Assembly: GCA_039815185.1 (NCBI GenBank)
Contig: JBCBZT010000037.1
Location: 1-64,000 of the forward strand
Direction of reading: 5' to 3'
DNA from: Cyanobacteria bacterium P01_A01_bin.123
GTDB taxonomy: Bacteria > Cyanobacteriota > Cyanobacteriia > Phormidesmidales > Phormidesmidaceae
DNA: 64,000 bases
The notes under the pieces are model-generated. The model saw only the letters and a list, made by a program, of their open reading frames with translations, was not told the DNA's origin and ran no database searches. Of this stretch, positions 10,759 to 21,729 are shown one piece after another. Positions within the stretch are counted from its first letter, which is position 1; every line of letters begins with the position of its first letter. A program made the position numbers and the translations under genes.

Positions 10759-11233
10759 TCCTTTGGATATATCTAACGCGAACTGTAAAGCTAAAGTAAA
10801 AATCTTGAAAAGAATCAGCGATTTTGGCGCAAATCGATAGATTCCATAAGTATAAATTTGTATAGTTTACATCAGTGGTATTATGTAAATAACGATCAGT
10901 AACCGTTCACCGTTATGTGGTGTTTCTTAGGTTGCCTGATTTAGCTTATATCTTTATACATCACTTAAATTCAGGTAGTTGCCCTCTGTAAACCAAGCTA
11001 CTTGACGGTCAAAGTCTCACTGCCCCTTCTCAGGTTGTGGCCCCACCCTAGAGATAGCTCAAGAAAAGCACAGATCATCCCGATACTGCTTGCGCTTTAG
11101 CTTCGTAGTAGCCCCACCCAGGGATCGATTGTGTTTTAGTCTTCGTGGTCGCCTCGCCCCAGGCATAACTTAATTCCAGCATAGGTCACCACGCTTCCAA
11201 TTGTGTTTTAGTCTAGACAGGAGTCTACCAAGC

Positions 11234-11809
11234 ATGAATGCTGCCCAAATAGCCTATGCAAAAGGCTATAGAAACGCCATGGAAATGTTAGTCGCTGAGG
11301 AAGTAAAACGGCTATTTCCAAAGCTCTCACCCAACATCGCTCGCCATATTTCTCCCATTGAGATTGAGACCTATGCACTCAATCGATTGCCAGCCCTATA
11401 CGCCTCCAGTCAAAGAGGCTGGAACTTTCAACAGCGCCGCGCCCAAGATGAATTGAAGCAGGCGATCGCAACCGCTGTCCAGCAAGCTTTCGCAGCGGTG
11501 CAACTCGATCCCCTACGCCTCTCCCAACCCATTCCCTTTGAGGATAAGCAAACACAACAAGAACTCGAAGCCGCCCAGACAGCGCTTAAAGAAGTCCGTC
11601 ACTTACTAAACGCACCCAATTTGACCTGGCAGAGTCTTTTACCTGCCCTGAAGCAGCACCTCTCAGCTGACAACACATCTCAACAAGAACAACCACCGCG
11701 TAGTCGCCAATGGCGACCTGGCACCTACGGTAGCAGTGCTGCTTGGCAACGTAAGCTTGAGCCCTCGAGCGCTGCCGACATCTGGAGTAATGACTGGTAT
11801 TCCCATTAG
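11234..11809 (+). CDS. ComFB family protein (ATG 11234 after AGGAG; ORF extends to 11201)
   Basis: YRNAMEMLVAEEV...YALNRLPALYASS..GW ComFB signature. Confidence 0.85.
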   Translation: MNAAQIAYAKGYRNAMEMLVAEEVKRLFPKLSPNIARHISPIEIETYALNRLPALYASSQRGWNFQQRRAQDELKQAIATAVQQAFAAVQLDPLRLSQPIPFEDKQTQQELEAAQTALKEVRHLLNAPNLTWQSLLPALKQHLSADNTSQQEQPPRSRQWRPGTYGSSAAWQRKLEPSSAADIWSNDWYSH

Positions 11810-11983
11810 AATACTCACAAATCAACCGCTAGCTCGATCAGCACTCACGTCTCAATGTCTGGATCTAAAAATGTCTGGATCTAAACTGGCTCAGTTGCGT
11901 ACTTGTGGCTATAGCACTAGCCATATTCGTCTCTTGAGCCTACAATGAGAGTTTTGGAGAGATTTCTTCGGGGAATGGACTAA

Positions 11984-12592
11984 ATGGCGCGATATAGAGG
12001 CCCACGGCTGAGGGTTGTACGTCGACTTGGTGAACTACCGGGTTTATCTCGGAAAACACCTCGCAAGGCGTATCCCCCAGGGCAACACGGGCAAGCTCGT
12101 AAAAAGAAGTCGGAGTACGCAATTCGTTTAGAAGAGAAGCAAAAGCTTCGCTTTAACTACGGATTGACTGAAAAGCAACTCCTACGCTTAGTGAAAAAGG
12201 CTCGCCGGGCAGGGGGTTCTACCGGATTGGTGCTGCTGCAGCTGCTGGAAATGCGGCTAGACAATACTGTTTTTCGCATGGGTATGGCTCCCACTATTCC
12301 AGCCGCTCGTCAATTGGTTAACCATGGCCATGTCACGATCAATAGCAAACTGCTCAGCATTCCTAGCTATCAGTGTCGTCCTGGTGATGTGATTGGGGTT
12401 CGGAATAAGGATGGGTCTCGTAAGCTAGTTGAGACCAACTTGGAATTTCCAGGGCTGGCTAATATCCCCAGCCATTTGGAGTTTGACAAGGCAAAGCTGG
12501 AAGGTAAAGTCAATAGCATTATTGAGCGTGAGTGGATTGCCCTGAACATCAACGAACTGTTGGTGGTTGAGTATTATTCGCGCAAAGCTTAA
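11984..12592 (+). CDS. rpsD: 30S ribosomal protein S4
   Basis: [32 protein letters not shown] and VVEYYSR motifs. Confidence 0.99.
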   Translation: MARYRGPRLRVVRRLGELPGLSRKTPRKAYPPGQHGQARKKKSEYAIRLEEKQKLRFNYGLTEKQLLRLVKKARRAGGSTGLVLLQLLEMRLDNTVFRMGMAPTIPAARQLVNHGHVTINSKLLSIPSYQCRPGDVIGVRNKDGSRKLVETNLEFPGLANIPSHLEFDKAKLEGKVNSIIEREWIALNINELLVVEYYSRKA

Positions 12593-12671
12593 ATCGAGAT
12601 CAGCATTTTCGAGTTGCAGTTTTTGGCGTACCCTTTGGTATCTTTACCGCGCGGCAATTAGTTTTTCTTCA

Positions 12672-12708
12672 AATCTCCTGGTCCGTCAGCCAGGGGGTTT
12701 TATTTTTT
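12672..12708 (+). terminator. Intrinsic terminator after rpsD
   Basis: AATCTCCTGG-loop-CCAGGGGGTT followed by TTATTTTTT. Confidence 0.7.
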
Positions 12709-12761
12709 GGTAATTGTAGTGATTAAGTTGGGTATCTTGTGAATAGATATTAAACGCCCTG

Positions 12762-14225
12762 ATGTCGGCAAATCTGTTGATGCTAGATCGCTTAACCCGC
12801 TTAGCTGCTAAAGTCTGTCATGCTCCTGTTGCTTTGATGACAGTTATCGAAGTAGAGCGGCAGTTCTTTGTCAGCCAAGTAGGATTATCAGCCCATTGGG
12901 CCAAACTCCAGGAAACGCCACTCCCCAAGGCGCTATGGCATCCTTTAGACACCTTAGAACAATCATTCATTGTTGCAGACAAGCAGGACGGCCCTAGTGA
13001 CCAGCAACTGCCGTTGACCACAGCGCTCAACATGACTGCTTATCTCAAGGTGCCGCTTAAGACTTCTCAGGGAAAGAGCTTGGGCTATCTCTGCGTGATG
13101 AACCCTGAACCGCAGGTATGGTCTCAGGCGAACCATGAAGACTTGATTGATGTTGCTGCGATCGCATCCCGAGAAATTGAGCAGGTAACCGCCGGAAAAT
13201 CTGGATATACGCCGTTGCCTCAGGATCCTTACCTAACTGACTTGGCACTAACCAATGCGGTTTTAGAGCAAACGCTGTCTGCCCTCAAGCTGAATTTGAA
13301 TCAACTTAGCGCCAAAGTTGACTACCGTACCTTGGTAGAGCAAGTACCCGCAATTATTTATATCAATGCTTTGGGCAATAACCGTTCCACACTGTATGTG
13401 AGTCCTCAAGTGCAAGACATTTTGGGCTACGACCCAAATCGATGCACGGTAGACGCGCAGTTTTGGCCTCACGTCATCCATCCCGATGATCAAGCCTGGG
13501 TCGCAGAGGCTCGAGTACAGGCAACCTTGAGCGAACAGCCTTTCCAAAACGAATATCGGATGGTGCGTCAAGATGGCAAAACCATTTGGGTTCGGGATGA
13601 AGCAGTTCTAGTGCGCGATCAGATGGGGGCTCCGAAATGCTGGCAAGGGGTAGTCTACGACATTACAGCCCGTCGTTGTCTAGAATTTCAATTGGCCTAC
13701 CAAGCCACCCACGATGCCTTAACTGGCTTAGCAAATCGCCCCCACTTTGTCAGTTCTTTAGAAGAGACTCTCTTAAAACAAACTATCCCTGGACATCAGT
13801 TAGTCGTTCTTTTTCTCGATTTAGATGACTTTAAAGCCATCAATGATGGCCTCGGTCATCGCGCCGGAGATCACGTTTTAATCGAGGTCGCTTCACGCTT
13901 GCGCAGCTGCCTTACGGCAGAACCTAGCCATATCGCTCGGTTTGGTGGAGATGAATTTGTTGTAGTGATTGAGGCTGTATCCTCATTAGCAGCTCTGGGT
14001 AGACTGGTGCAAAGGATACTTGATAGTTTCAAGGCTCCGGTTATGTGGCAGGAAAAACCATTGCCAATCAACGTGAGTATTGGCGCTGCCTTGAATAACC
14101 CTGAACAAATTAGTGTCGACCAACTCCTGCAAAACGCCGATACTGCTATGTATCAAGCCAAACGCGGCGGCAAAGGCTGCTATCGCCTGTTTCAAGCTGA
14201 GACGCAGATGATGAGTCTGATTTGA
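12762..14225 (+). CDS. GAF-PAS/PAC-GGDEF diguanylate cyclase
   Basis: N-terminal GAF-like region, PAS (IHPDD, EYRMVRQDGKTIWV), HDALTGLANR, FLDLDDFK and ARFGGDEF. Confidence 0.93.
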   Translation: MSANLLMLDRLTRLAAKVCHAPVALMTVIEVERQFFVSQVGLSAHWAKLQETPLPKALWHPLDTLEQSFIVADKQDGPSDQQLPLTTALNMTAYLKVPLKTSQGKSLGYLCVMNPEPQVWSQANHEDLIDVAAIASREIEQVTAGKSGYTPLPQDPYLTDLALTNAVLEQTLSALKLNLNQLSAKVDYRTLVEQVPAIIYINALGNNRSTLYVSPQVQDILGYDPNRCTVDAQFWPHVIHPDDQAWVAEARVQATLSEQPFQNEYRMVRQDGKTIWVRDEAVLVRDQMGAPKCWQGVVYDITARRCLEFQLAYQATHDALTGLANRPHFVSSLEETLLKQTIPGHQLVVLFLDLDDFKAINDGLGHRAGDHVLIEVASRLRSCLTAEPSHIARFGGDEFVVVIEAVSSLAALGRLVQRILDSFKAPVMWQEKPLPINVSIGAALNNPEQISVDQLLQNADTAMYQAKRGGKGCYRLFQAETQMMSLI

Positions 14226-14243
14226 TGCCTATCCTGGCGGCAA

Positions 14244-15230
14244 TCACCCACCAATTTGAGACATGGTGCGATGGTAGAACCCGGTAGTTCCTGACTGTCG
14301 CTGTTTGTAGTTAATTTCTGGTTTAATCGATAACAACTCCGCCACGCGATCACGGATAGTTTCTAGAGCCTCTCCACTGCGCAACGCACTTCTCAGATTA
14401 ATTTGCCCTACCTCATTCAAGAGACAAGGTCGTAACCAACCATCGGCGGAAAGACGCATACGATTACAGCGATCGCAGAAGCATTCAGACATTTGACTGA
14501 TAAAGCCTAGAGTCCCTTGAGCACCGGGAATTTGAAACACATCAGCAGGACCATTACCCACCACGTTAGACTCTGCGAGACCCCAACGATCGCGGATTTG
14601 CTGCCGCAGGGTAGCTGAATCGATCCAGCCCTTTTGATCAAACAAATAGTCATTGCCAATAGGCATAAATTCAATAAAGCGTACATGCCAAGCCCGGTCA
14701 ATCGATAGGGCTGCCAAATCTAAGACCTCGTGATCGTTGACGCCGGGAATCACAACTACATTCAACTTTAGCGGCACAAAGCCAACCCGATGAGCTGCCT
14801 GAATACCTGCCCAGACTTGAGACCAGCGATCGCGCCCGCGCCCCCCTACTAGCTGTTGAAAAATTTTGGGATCTAGAGAGTCTAAACTGATGTTGATTCT
14901 CCGTAATCCAGCGTCGTAAAGCGCTTGAGCTTTATCAGCCAGCAGAAACCCATTAGTCGTCATCGCCAGATCCTGAGTTTGGGGCAATCCTGCAATTTGC
15001 TCAACGAGGGAAACCACATGGGGTCTCAGTAGGGGTTCACCCCCTGTGAGCCGAAATCGCGTAAACCCCAAAGGAATAAATACGGCCTGCAGTAAAGTGA
15101 GCAATTCTGTCTGAGTCAGCCAGTCTTGGCGCAGAGCGTAAGTTAAATCAGCGCCTTCGGGCATGCAATATTGGCACTGAAAGTTACAGCGATCAATCAG
15201 GCTAATGCGGAGGTAATCAATAGAATTCAT
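14244..15230 (-). CDS. moaA: GTP 3',8-cyclase (molybdenum cofactor biosynthesis)
   Basis: [30 protein letters not shown] and C-terminal MSQIGG. Confidence 0.97.
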   Translation of the reverse strand: MNSIDYLRISLIDRCNFQCQYCMPEGADLTYALRQDWLTQTELLTLLQAVFIPLGFTRFRLTGGEPLLRPHVVSLVEQIAGLPQTQDLAMTTNGFLLADKAQALYDAGLRRINISLDSLDPKIFQQLVGGRGRDRWSQVWAGIQAAHRVGFVPLKLNVVVIPGVNDHEVLDLAALSIDRAWHVRFIEFMPIGNDYLFDQKGWIDSATLRQQIRDRWGLAESNVVGNGPADVFQIPGAQGTLGFISQMSECFCDRCNRMRLSADGWLRPCLLNEVGQINLRSALRSGEALETIRDRVAELLSIKPEINYKQRQSGTTGFYHRTMSQIGG

Positions 15231-15437
15231 GGAAAAAGTGTCTAAAAAATGCGCCTGAGGTACACTAAATCTCTCCGCATCACAAGGAGTATTCTCTTTT
15301 AAAAAACGCTTTCAGCCAAGCGTTAATTAACCCTGCTACATCCAGAGCCCTGATTTTCACCAAGCTAAAAACGCAAGGTTTCAAATCGGATATCGTTTAG
15401 GCTAGCTTTAGTTTAGCAACTTTTTCATTGTTAAAGT

Positions 15438-16616
15438 ATGCCCTCAGATATCAACAACGCTGTCCCTGAATCTGAACAGAACGTCACTCAAATTCCCTCG
15501 CGATCAGGCTATACCCTACCTGTATTTGCCTGCGCTAGTGCGATTGCAGCGCTGACTCAACTACAACAGCTTAAAAAAGACGTCCACACAGTCAGCGTTG
15601 CCTTAATTCAGCCAGATCAAACCGTTGACATTCCGATTGAGCAAGTTGCCCCTTTAGCCGACGGATCGATCCTGGCCATTAGTCGTAGCGATCCCGGCAA
15701 CAACCTGGATCTAACGCGCGATACACCCATTTGGGCTCAAGTCAGATGGGGAACCCTTGATCAGGTTGACACCATTGTAATTGCAGGTGGAGAAGGCATT
15801 GGCCGTCAAGCTAATGGATTGGGGGATGCCGCCATCTATAGCTATGCTCACCAACTGCTACATCATAATCTCAGGCAACGATTAACCCCAAACCAGAAAA
15901 TTCACGTCACGATTATCTTGCCAGCAGGTCGCAAGTTAGCAGAGCGGACTTCCAATGCTGCCTTTGGCGTGGTGGAGGGGCTATCTCTACTCGGCACGTC
16001 GGGAATTGCTCAACCCCTTAGCACGCCGGGACAGTTGGAGGCATTTCGGGCCAGTTTGCGCACAGCGGCAAGTCGCTATTCAGATTTGGTCTTTTGCTTA
16101 GGGGAAAACGGGCTCGATGTCGCTTTGAAATTGGGCATTGAACCAGAACGACGGGTAAAAACAGCTAACTGGATAGGCCCCATGCTAGTAGAAGCTAGTT
16201 TGCTAAGGGTGCGATCGCTATTGTTGCTGGGGTATCACGGTAAACTGATCAAACTTGCAGGTGGTATTTTTCATACCCATCACCATGTTGCTGATGGACG
16301 ACAGGAGATTCTAGCAGCCCATGCTGCCAGTTTAGGGCTCCACACCCAACAGGTTCAGAAGATTTTAAAGAACGGTACCGTTGAAGCCAGCCTGCAGGAA
16401 CTGCGCCAAATTGAAGCCAATTCTAGAGAAAGTTGGGTGATGCCGATTTACCAACAAATCGGCATCACAATTGAGCAAAGAGTTCAGACCTACATTCAAA
16501 AGCACGGGGGATCAGGGGTTTCAATTGGTATATTGCTATTCGATCGCGATCGCAATCCAATCATCATGACCCAAACAGCAGCATCTTTACTTCCTAAGCT
16601 TTGCTATTCTAATTAA
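15438..16616 (+). CDS. cbiD: Cobalt-precorrin-5B C1-methyltransferase
   Basis: RSGYTLPVFACA, SDPG.NLDLT, GGEGIG, GYHGKLIKLAGGIFHTH. Confidence 0.95.
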   Translation: MPSDINNAVPESEQNVTQIPSRSGYTLPVFACASAIAALTQLQQLKKDVHTVSVALIQPDQTVDIPIEQVAPLADGSILAISRSDPGNNLDLTRDTPIWAQVRWGTLDQVDTIVIAGGEGIGRQANGLGDAAIYSYAHQLLHHNLRQRLTPNQKIHVTIILPAGRKLAERTSNAAFGVVEGLSLLGTSGIAQPLSTPGQLEAFRASLRTAASRYSDLVFCLGENGLDVALKLGIEPERRVKTANWIGPMLVEASLLRVRSLLLLGYHGKLIKLAGGIFHTHHHVADGRQEILAAHAASLGLHTQQVQKILKNGTVEASLQELRQIEANSRESWVMPIYQQIGITIEQRVQTYIQKHGGSGVSIGILLFDRDRNPIIMTQTAASLLPKLCYSN

Positions 16617-16790
16617 AACAATTTTTGAAATTTTTGAAATAACTGTCTTTTAACGAATTGCTTTTTAACATCACATTACCCTCACTGACCTATAGGTTTT
16701 AATGAGCTGCTTTTACCGCTTGACCTGCATTTCAGCGGGAATCAATTTTCGTTAGCTTACTGCTCACCCTCACCACTTTCAGGAACCACC

Positions 16791-18404
16791 GTGACCTTCC
16801 AAACAGATTCTATCCCTAAACACCAGGCTCCTGTGACGCAGGCAATTAATCGTCAGATGCTGGTCATTTTGGACTTTGGCTCCCAATATTCTGAGCTGAT
16901 TGCTCGGCGTATTCGCGAAACTCAGGTTTATTCCGAAGTTCTTTCCTACCGCACCACAGCAGAACAACTGCAGCAGCTCAACCCCAAAGGCATCATTCTC
17001 TCTGGCGGCCCTAGTTCTGTCTATGACGCCCATGCGCCCCACTGTGATCCTGAAATTTGGGATCTGGGTATTCCAATTTTGGGGGTCTGCTATGGCATGC
17101 AATTGATGGTGCAACAACTCGGCGGTCAAGTCGACCGAGCTGATCGGGGAGAATACGGCAAAGCGTCGCTCAAAATTGACGATCCCACCGATTTACTGAC
17201 CAACGTCGAAGATGGCTCCACAATGTGGATGAGCCACGGCGATTCAGTCACACAAATGCCGTCTGGATTTGAACTGCTCGCGCACACAGACAATACACCC
17301 TGTGCTGCGATCGCTCACCATGAGCAAAACCTTTATGGCGTTCAGTTTCATCCAGAAGTGGTGCACTCCCAAAACGGCATCGCGCTGATTCGTAACTTTG
17401 TTTATCACATTTGCGATTGCGAACCCACGTGGACGACGGAAGCTTTTGTCGAAGAAGCCATTCGAGAAGTGCGGGCTAGAGTGGGCGATAAACGTGTCTT
17501 ACTAGCGCTCTCAGGAGGTGTAGATTCATCCACCCTGGCCTTCTTGTTGCATAAGGCTATTGGGGATCAGCTGACCTGTATGTTTATTGATCAAGGGTTT
17601 ATGCGCAAGTATGAACCCGAACGGCTAGTCGAACTATTTGAGCAAAAGTTTCATATCCCAGTGAGTTATGTCAAAGCTCGCGATCGCTTTTTAGACCGCA
17701 TCAAGGGCATCACTGATCCCGAGGAAAAGCGCAAACGCATTGGCCATGAATTCATTCGCGTCTTTGAAGAAGAATCAAAGCGACTCGGCCCCTTTGACTA
17801 CTTAGCTCAAGGCACGCTTTATCCCGATGTCATTGAATCTGCCGACACCAACGTCGATCCAAAGACAGGAGAACGCGTTGCTGTCAAAATCAAGAGCCAC
17901 CACAACGTCGGCGGACTGCCCAAAGATCTCCAATTCAAACTGATAGAACCCTTACGCAAACTCTTTAAAGACGAAGTGCGCAAAGTTGGACTGTCTGTTG
18001 GCCTGCCGGCAGAAATCGTGCGGCGGCATCCCTTCCCCGGTCCTGGCCTAGCTATTCGGATCATCGGTGAAGTCACAGCAGAACGACTCAATATCTTGAG
18101 AGATGCAGACTTTGTGGTCCGGGATGAAATCAGTAAGCAAGGCATGTACCACGACTTCTGGCAGGCTTTTGCCGTCCTATTGCCTATTCGCAGCGTGGGC
18201 GTCATGGGCGATCAGCGTACCTACGCTCATCCCGTCGTGCTGCGGCTAATTAGCAGCGAAGATGGGATGACTGCTGACTGGTCACGGGTACCGTATGACT
18301 TGCTAGAAACCATCGCCAATCGCATGGTTAATGAAGTCAAAGGGGTGAATCGGGTAGTTTACGACATTACCTCTAAGCCCCCTGGCACGATTGAGTGGGA
18401 GTAA
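16791..18404 (+). CDS. guaA: GMP synthase (glutamine-hydrolysing)
   Basis: [37 protein letters not shown] and KPPGTIEWE. Confidence 0.99.
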   Translation: MTFQTDSIPKHQAPVTQAINRQMLVILDFGSQYSELIARRIRETQVYSEVLSYRTTAEQLQQLNPKGIILSGGPSSVYDAHAPHCDPEIWDLGIPILGVCYGMQLMVQQLGGQVDRADRGEYGKASLKIDDPTDLLTNVEDGSTMWMSHGDSVTQMPSGFELLAHTDNTPCAAIAHHEQNLYGVQFHPEVVHSQNGIALIRNFVYHICDCEPTWTTEAFVEEAIREVRARVGDKRVLLALSGGVDSSTLAFLLHKAIGDQLTCMFIDQGFMRKYEPERLVELFEQKFHIPVSYVKARDRFLDRIKGITDPEEKRKRIGHEFIRVFEEESKRLGPFDYLAQGTLYPDVIESADTNVDPKTGERVAVKIKSHHNVGGLPKDLQFKLIEPLRKLFKDEVRKVGLSVGLPAEIVRRHPFPGPGLAIRIIGEVTAERLNILRDADFVVRDEISKQGMYHDFWQAFAVLLPIRSVGVMGDQRTYAHPVVLRLISSEDGMTADWSRVPYDLLETIANRMVNEVKGVNRVVYDITSKPPGTIEWE

Positions 18405-18435
18405 GCAAACGTTTGATAAATGCCCAAGCCTATCC

Positions 18436-19467
18436 ATGCCTGTCCTAACGCTAACTTATAGCCCTGCTTATACCCTAGTTCCGACTTACGAGTGTTTCAA
18501 TCGCTGTACCTATTGCAACTTTAGGACTGATCCCCTAGCGGATCAGTGGTTGACCTTAGAGACTGCTAGACAACATCTCAAAGCTTTACAAAACAAGGGA
18601 ATTATTGAAATTCTGCTGCTTAGCGGCGAGGTTCATCCCCAAAGTAACCGTAGACAGGCTTGGTTTCAGCGCATTTATGATCTTTGTGCCTTGGCGCTAG
18701 ACCTAGGCTTTTTACCCCATACCAACGCTGGCCCGCTGAGCTTTGCAGAAATGCAGCAGCTCAAACAGGTCAATGTCTCCATGGGGTTGATGCTAGAGCA
18801 GCTGAATCCCCAGCTATTAACAACAGTCCATCAACATGCTCCGAGCAAAGAGCCGGCACTCCGACTACAACAGCTCGCGTGGGCAGGGGAATTAGAGATT
18901 CCGTTTACAACGGGATTACTCCTGGGCATTGGTGAAGATGAAACCGATTGGGAAGCGAGCTTAGCTGCGATCGCGGCTGTGCACCAACGCCATGGTCATG
19001 TTCAAGAAGTCATTCTCCAACCCCACCAACCCGGGAGCCGCCAATCGCGCCTGGGTGAAAGCTTGACGCCCAAACAGTTAGTCAAGGCAGTCAAGCTAGC
19101 GCGCCAAATCCTTCCAAAGGCGATCACGCTACAAATTCCGCCTAATTTAACTACGCTAACGGGCGCGATCGCTTGTATTGATTCAGGCGCAAGGGATTTA
19201 GGTGGACTAGTCCCCAAAGACGAAGTCAACCCAGACTATCTCCATCATCCTCTAACCCAGTTGAGGCAAGCGTTAGGAGCCAAAGGTTGGCATTTGTCCC
19301 CACGCCTACCTGTATATCCCCAATATGATCACTGGCTACCCCCGAATTTGCGCGATAGGGTTGCCCATTGGCGATCGCAACTCACTCTCCTCGCACCGCC
19401 TTCTCTCCAACCACTGACGGCTTTAACTGACACTCATTCTCCAGCGTCTTCCTCAACCAAGGTTTGA
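18436..19467 (+). CDS. cofG: FO synthase subunit CofG (radical SAM); ATG 18436 likely, ORF extends to 18391
   Basis: LTYSPAYTLVPTYECFNRCTYC, LPHTNAG, IPFTTGLLLGIGE, QIPPNL and RLPVYP. Confidence 0.9.
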   Translation: MPVLTLTYSPAYTLVPTYECFNRCTYCNFRTDPLADQWLTLETARQHLKALQNKGIIEILLLSGEVHPQSNRRQAWFQRIYDLCALALDLGFLPHTNAGPLSFAEMQQLKQVNVSMGLMLEQLNPQLLTTVHQHAPSKEPALRLQQLAWAGELEIPFTTGLLLGIGEDETDWEASLAAIAAVHQRHGHVQEVILQPHQPGSRQSRLGESLTPKQLVKAVKLARQILPKAITLQIPPNLTTLTGAIACIDSGARDLGGLVPKDEVNPDYLHHPLTQLRQALGAKGWHLSPRLPVYPQYDHWLPPNLRDRVAHWRSQLTLLAPPSLQPLTALTDTHSPASSSTKV

Positions 19468-20216
19468 AGCAATACTTGCAGATTGGTGACATCCCCCACA
19501 ACACGGCGCACAGGCTGAGGCCAGATGCGAATTAAAGTCGGTGTTGCCAAAATTTGATCAGTTTCTGCCTGCTCGGGATGCTTGCCCACATCGACCATCT
19601 TGAGGGTATACGGTTGGTGGAGAAACTGTTCAAACAGCTGGTGTAGGGTTGCCAAAATCTTAGCTGTCGCTGCTCCTTGGCCTGACACATACAGCCGGAA
19701 CACAAACCCAGAAGCAGGTTTTAGCCCAGAGGGTTCGGGCAAATCAGTTTTAGCCGTAGATAATGCTAGCTTAGCTGGATATCCAGTTGCCGTTACCTGC
19801 ATCACTAGGTCGTGACGTTCCCAAAGGGGGGCGAACTGGGGCTGATAAGTCCGCAACATCCATGGATCGCACAACTCCGCTTCTGCATAAATAGGTTTCC
19901 ACGCCGTGCTTTCGACGCCAAACACCGCACTTAGAATAGCCTGATGCCTTAAAACTGGGGGATAGGCTTCAGCCGCAGTATAAATCGTGTGGGTTTGGGA
20001 ATCGAGCCAACGATCGATCGTGGCAGTATAACAAGGCACTAGAAAGTGCGGCGATTCACTTAAGTCAAAGACTTCCTGGAGTGTGGCACAGAGATGCAAA
20101 TGCCAACGGGCCTGTTTTTTTACATCAATGGCGTAAACTAAATCTCCCCCAGGTGTAAACAGGGCAATGCCTTTAAACGTCTGAGGGAGATGGAGTGGAG
20201 CAGCATCAAGATTCAC
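19434..20216 (-). CDS. KaiB-domain protein with N-terminal extension
   Basis: C-terminal FVFRLYVSG...YTLKMVDV.KHPEQAE.DQILATPTLIRIWPQPVRRVVGD is a KaiB fold; ~170-aa N-terminal domain. Confidence 0.85.
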   Translation of the reverse strand: MNLDAAPLHLPQTFKGIALFTPGGDLVYAIDVKKQARWHLHLCATLQEVFDLSESPHFLVPCYTATIDRWLDSQTHTIYTAAEAYPPVLRHQAILSAVFGVESTAWKPIYAEAELCDPWMLRTYQPQFAPLWERHDLVMQVTATGYPAKLALSTAKTDLPEPSGLKPASGFVFRLYVSGQGAATAKILATLHQLFEQFLHQPYTLKMVDVGKHPEQAETDQILATPTLIRIWPQPVRRVVGDVTNLQVLLQTLVEEDAGE

Positions 20217-20224
20217 AGACGGAC

Positions 20225-21463
20225 CTAAACACGACCTCTCAGCATTTGAGCCATCTCGTTTTGTCGGGGTGACATTTCAAGGGCGACTTCCTCTGTAATC
20301 CGGCCCGCTTCATAGAGGGCATAGAGGGATTGGTTCATGGTACACATACCATCAAAACCACACTTCGGAATCAACGCTTCAATCTCATCGAGATCGCCTC
20401 GGATAATATAGTCCTTAATGGCGTCTGTATTGATCATAATGTCGTGAAAGGCAGCCCGCTTACCATCTGTCGTCCGACATAACCCCTGGGCAACCACTGC
20501 CACTAGGGATTCTGCCAAAGACACCCGCACAGGTGCTTGTTGATCGGGTTCATAGAGATTAAGAATCCGCTCAACCGTTTTCACCGCGCTGTTGGTGTGT
20601 AGGGTTCCCATCACCAAGTGGCCTGTTTGAGCAGCTTTGAGTGCTGTGTTAACAGTCTCTTTATCCCGCATTTCACCCACAAGAATAATATCAGGGTCTT
20701 CCCGTAGCGACGCCTTTAAAGCATTGTCGAACTTTAACGTATGCAAGCCAACTTCACGCTGTTTAATCAAAGATTTGCGGCTAGTGTGCACAAATTCAAC
20801 CGGATCTTCGATCGTAATAATGTTCCGGGGCATTTCAGTATTGATATGGTCAATCATCGCTGCTAGCGTAGTTGACTTACCGGAACCTGTTGGCCCTGTT
20901 ACGAGTACCAGCCCTTTGTGATAGTGACAAATGTCTTTTAACACTAGCGGCATGTTTAACTGATCCAGGGTCATAATTTTGACCGGAATCAGTCGCATCA
21001 CCATAGCAGGCCCCCGCAGAGTGCCAAAGACGTTAATCCGCACACGGGTAAAATCAAACTGAGCCGCACCGTCAAAATCCATCATTTGCTTAAACTCTTG
21101 AATTTCATCAGGTTTAAGCACCTCACCCAGCCAACTAAAAAAGGTTTGGCGATCGGTAACTGGATAGTTGGTGATATCAATCTCACCACGGTTGCGGAAA
21201 CGGGGCACCTCACCTACCCCAACGTGAATATCTGAAAATCCTTTATCGAAGGCTTCACGCACTAGCTTTTCAAGGGTTGGCCCACTCCCAACCTTCACAC
21301 CAGCCGCCGTAGCGGGCATGGGCGGAGGAGCAGCAGCACGATGTCCAGGGGGTGGAGGCGCAGGCGGCCTTTGTCTCGCGGCAGGCGGAGGTGGCGCTGG
21401 TCGTCCCGGCGGAGGCGGGGGCGGCATGCGGGGAGGCGCAGGTGGACGCTGTGCATCAGTCAT
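20225..21463 (-). CDS. pilT: Type IV pilus retraction ATPase PilT (Pro-rich N-terminus, PilT2-like)
   Basis: SDIH, GPTGSGKSTTLA, ITIEDPVE, LREDPDIILVGEMRD and TLHTNSA. Confidence 0.95.
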   Translation of the reverse strand: MTDAQRPPAPPRMPPPPPPGRPAPPPPAARQRPPAPPPPGHRAAAPPPMPATAAGVKVGSGPTLEKLVREAFDKGFSDIHVGVGEVPRFRNRGEIDITNYPVTDRQTFFSWLGEVLKPDEIQEFKQMMDFDGAAQFDFTRVRINVFGTLRGPAMVMRLIPVKIMTLDQLNMPLVLKDICHYHKGLVLVTGPTGSGKSTTLAAMIDHINTEMPRNIITIEDPVEFVHTSRKSLIKQREVGLHTLKFDNALKASLREDPDIILVGEMRDKETVNTALKAAQTGHLVMGTLHTNSAVKTVERILNLYEPDQQAPVRVSLAESLVAVVAQGLCRTTDGKRAAFHDIMINTDAIKDYIIRGDLDEIEALIPKCGFDGMCTMNQSLYALYEAGRITEEVALEMSPRQNEMAQMLRGRV

Positions 21464-21729
21464 AGAACCCTTCCTAATCGTTGTGTAGTGACGCTGTTGA
21501 TAAAAAGCCTAACCCTATTTAAGCCCAGGCAAGCCGCCTTCCTGAGAGAAAAGCATCAACGAAATCAACCAGTACTTGGTTTAAAAATAGCAATGAACCT
21601 GATTTTTGTTCTCACAAATAGGTTGCCCACAATTGTATTCGGAGCAAGCGACCCCACCAAAATCTTTCGCACTCCCTCCTAAATTGACAAGACACCCCTT
21701 TAACTCAAGATAAGGCCGACTTGGTGCCT

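Noticed and set aside
14244..18404. moaA and guaA as part of the purine/Xdh system
   Set aside because: They lie in core-gene context more than 18 kb away and lack the TGTATAC-N-GTATACA box.
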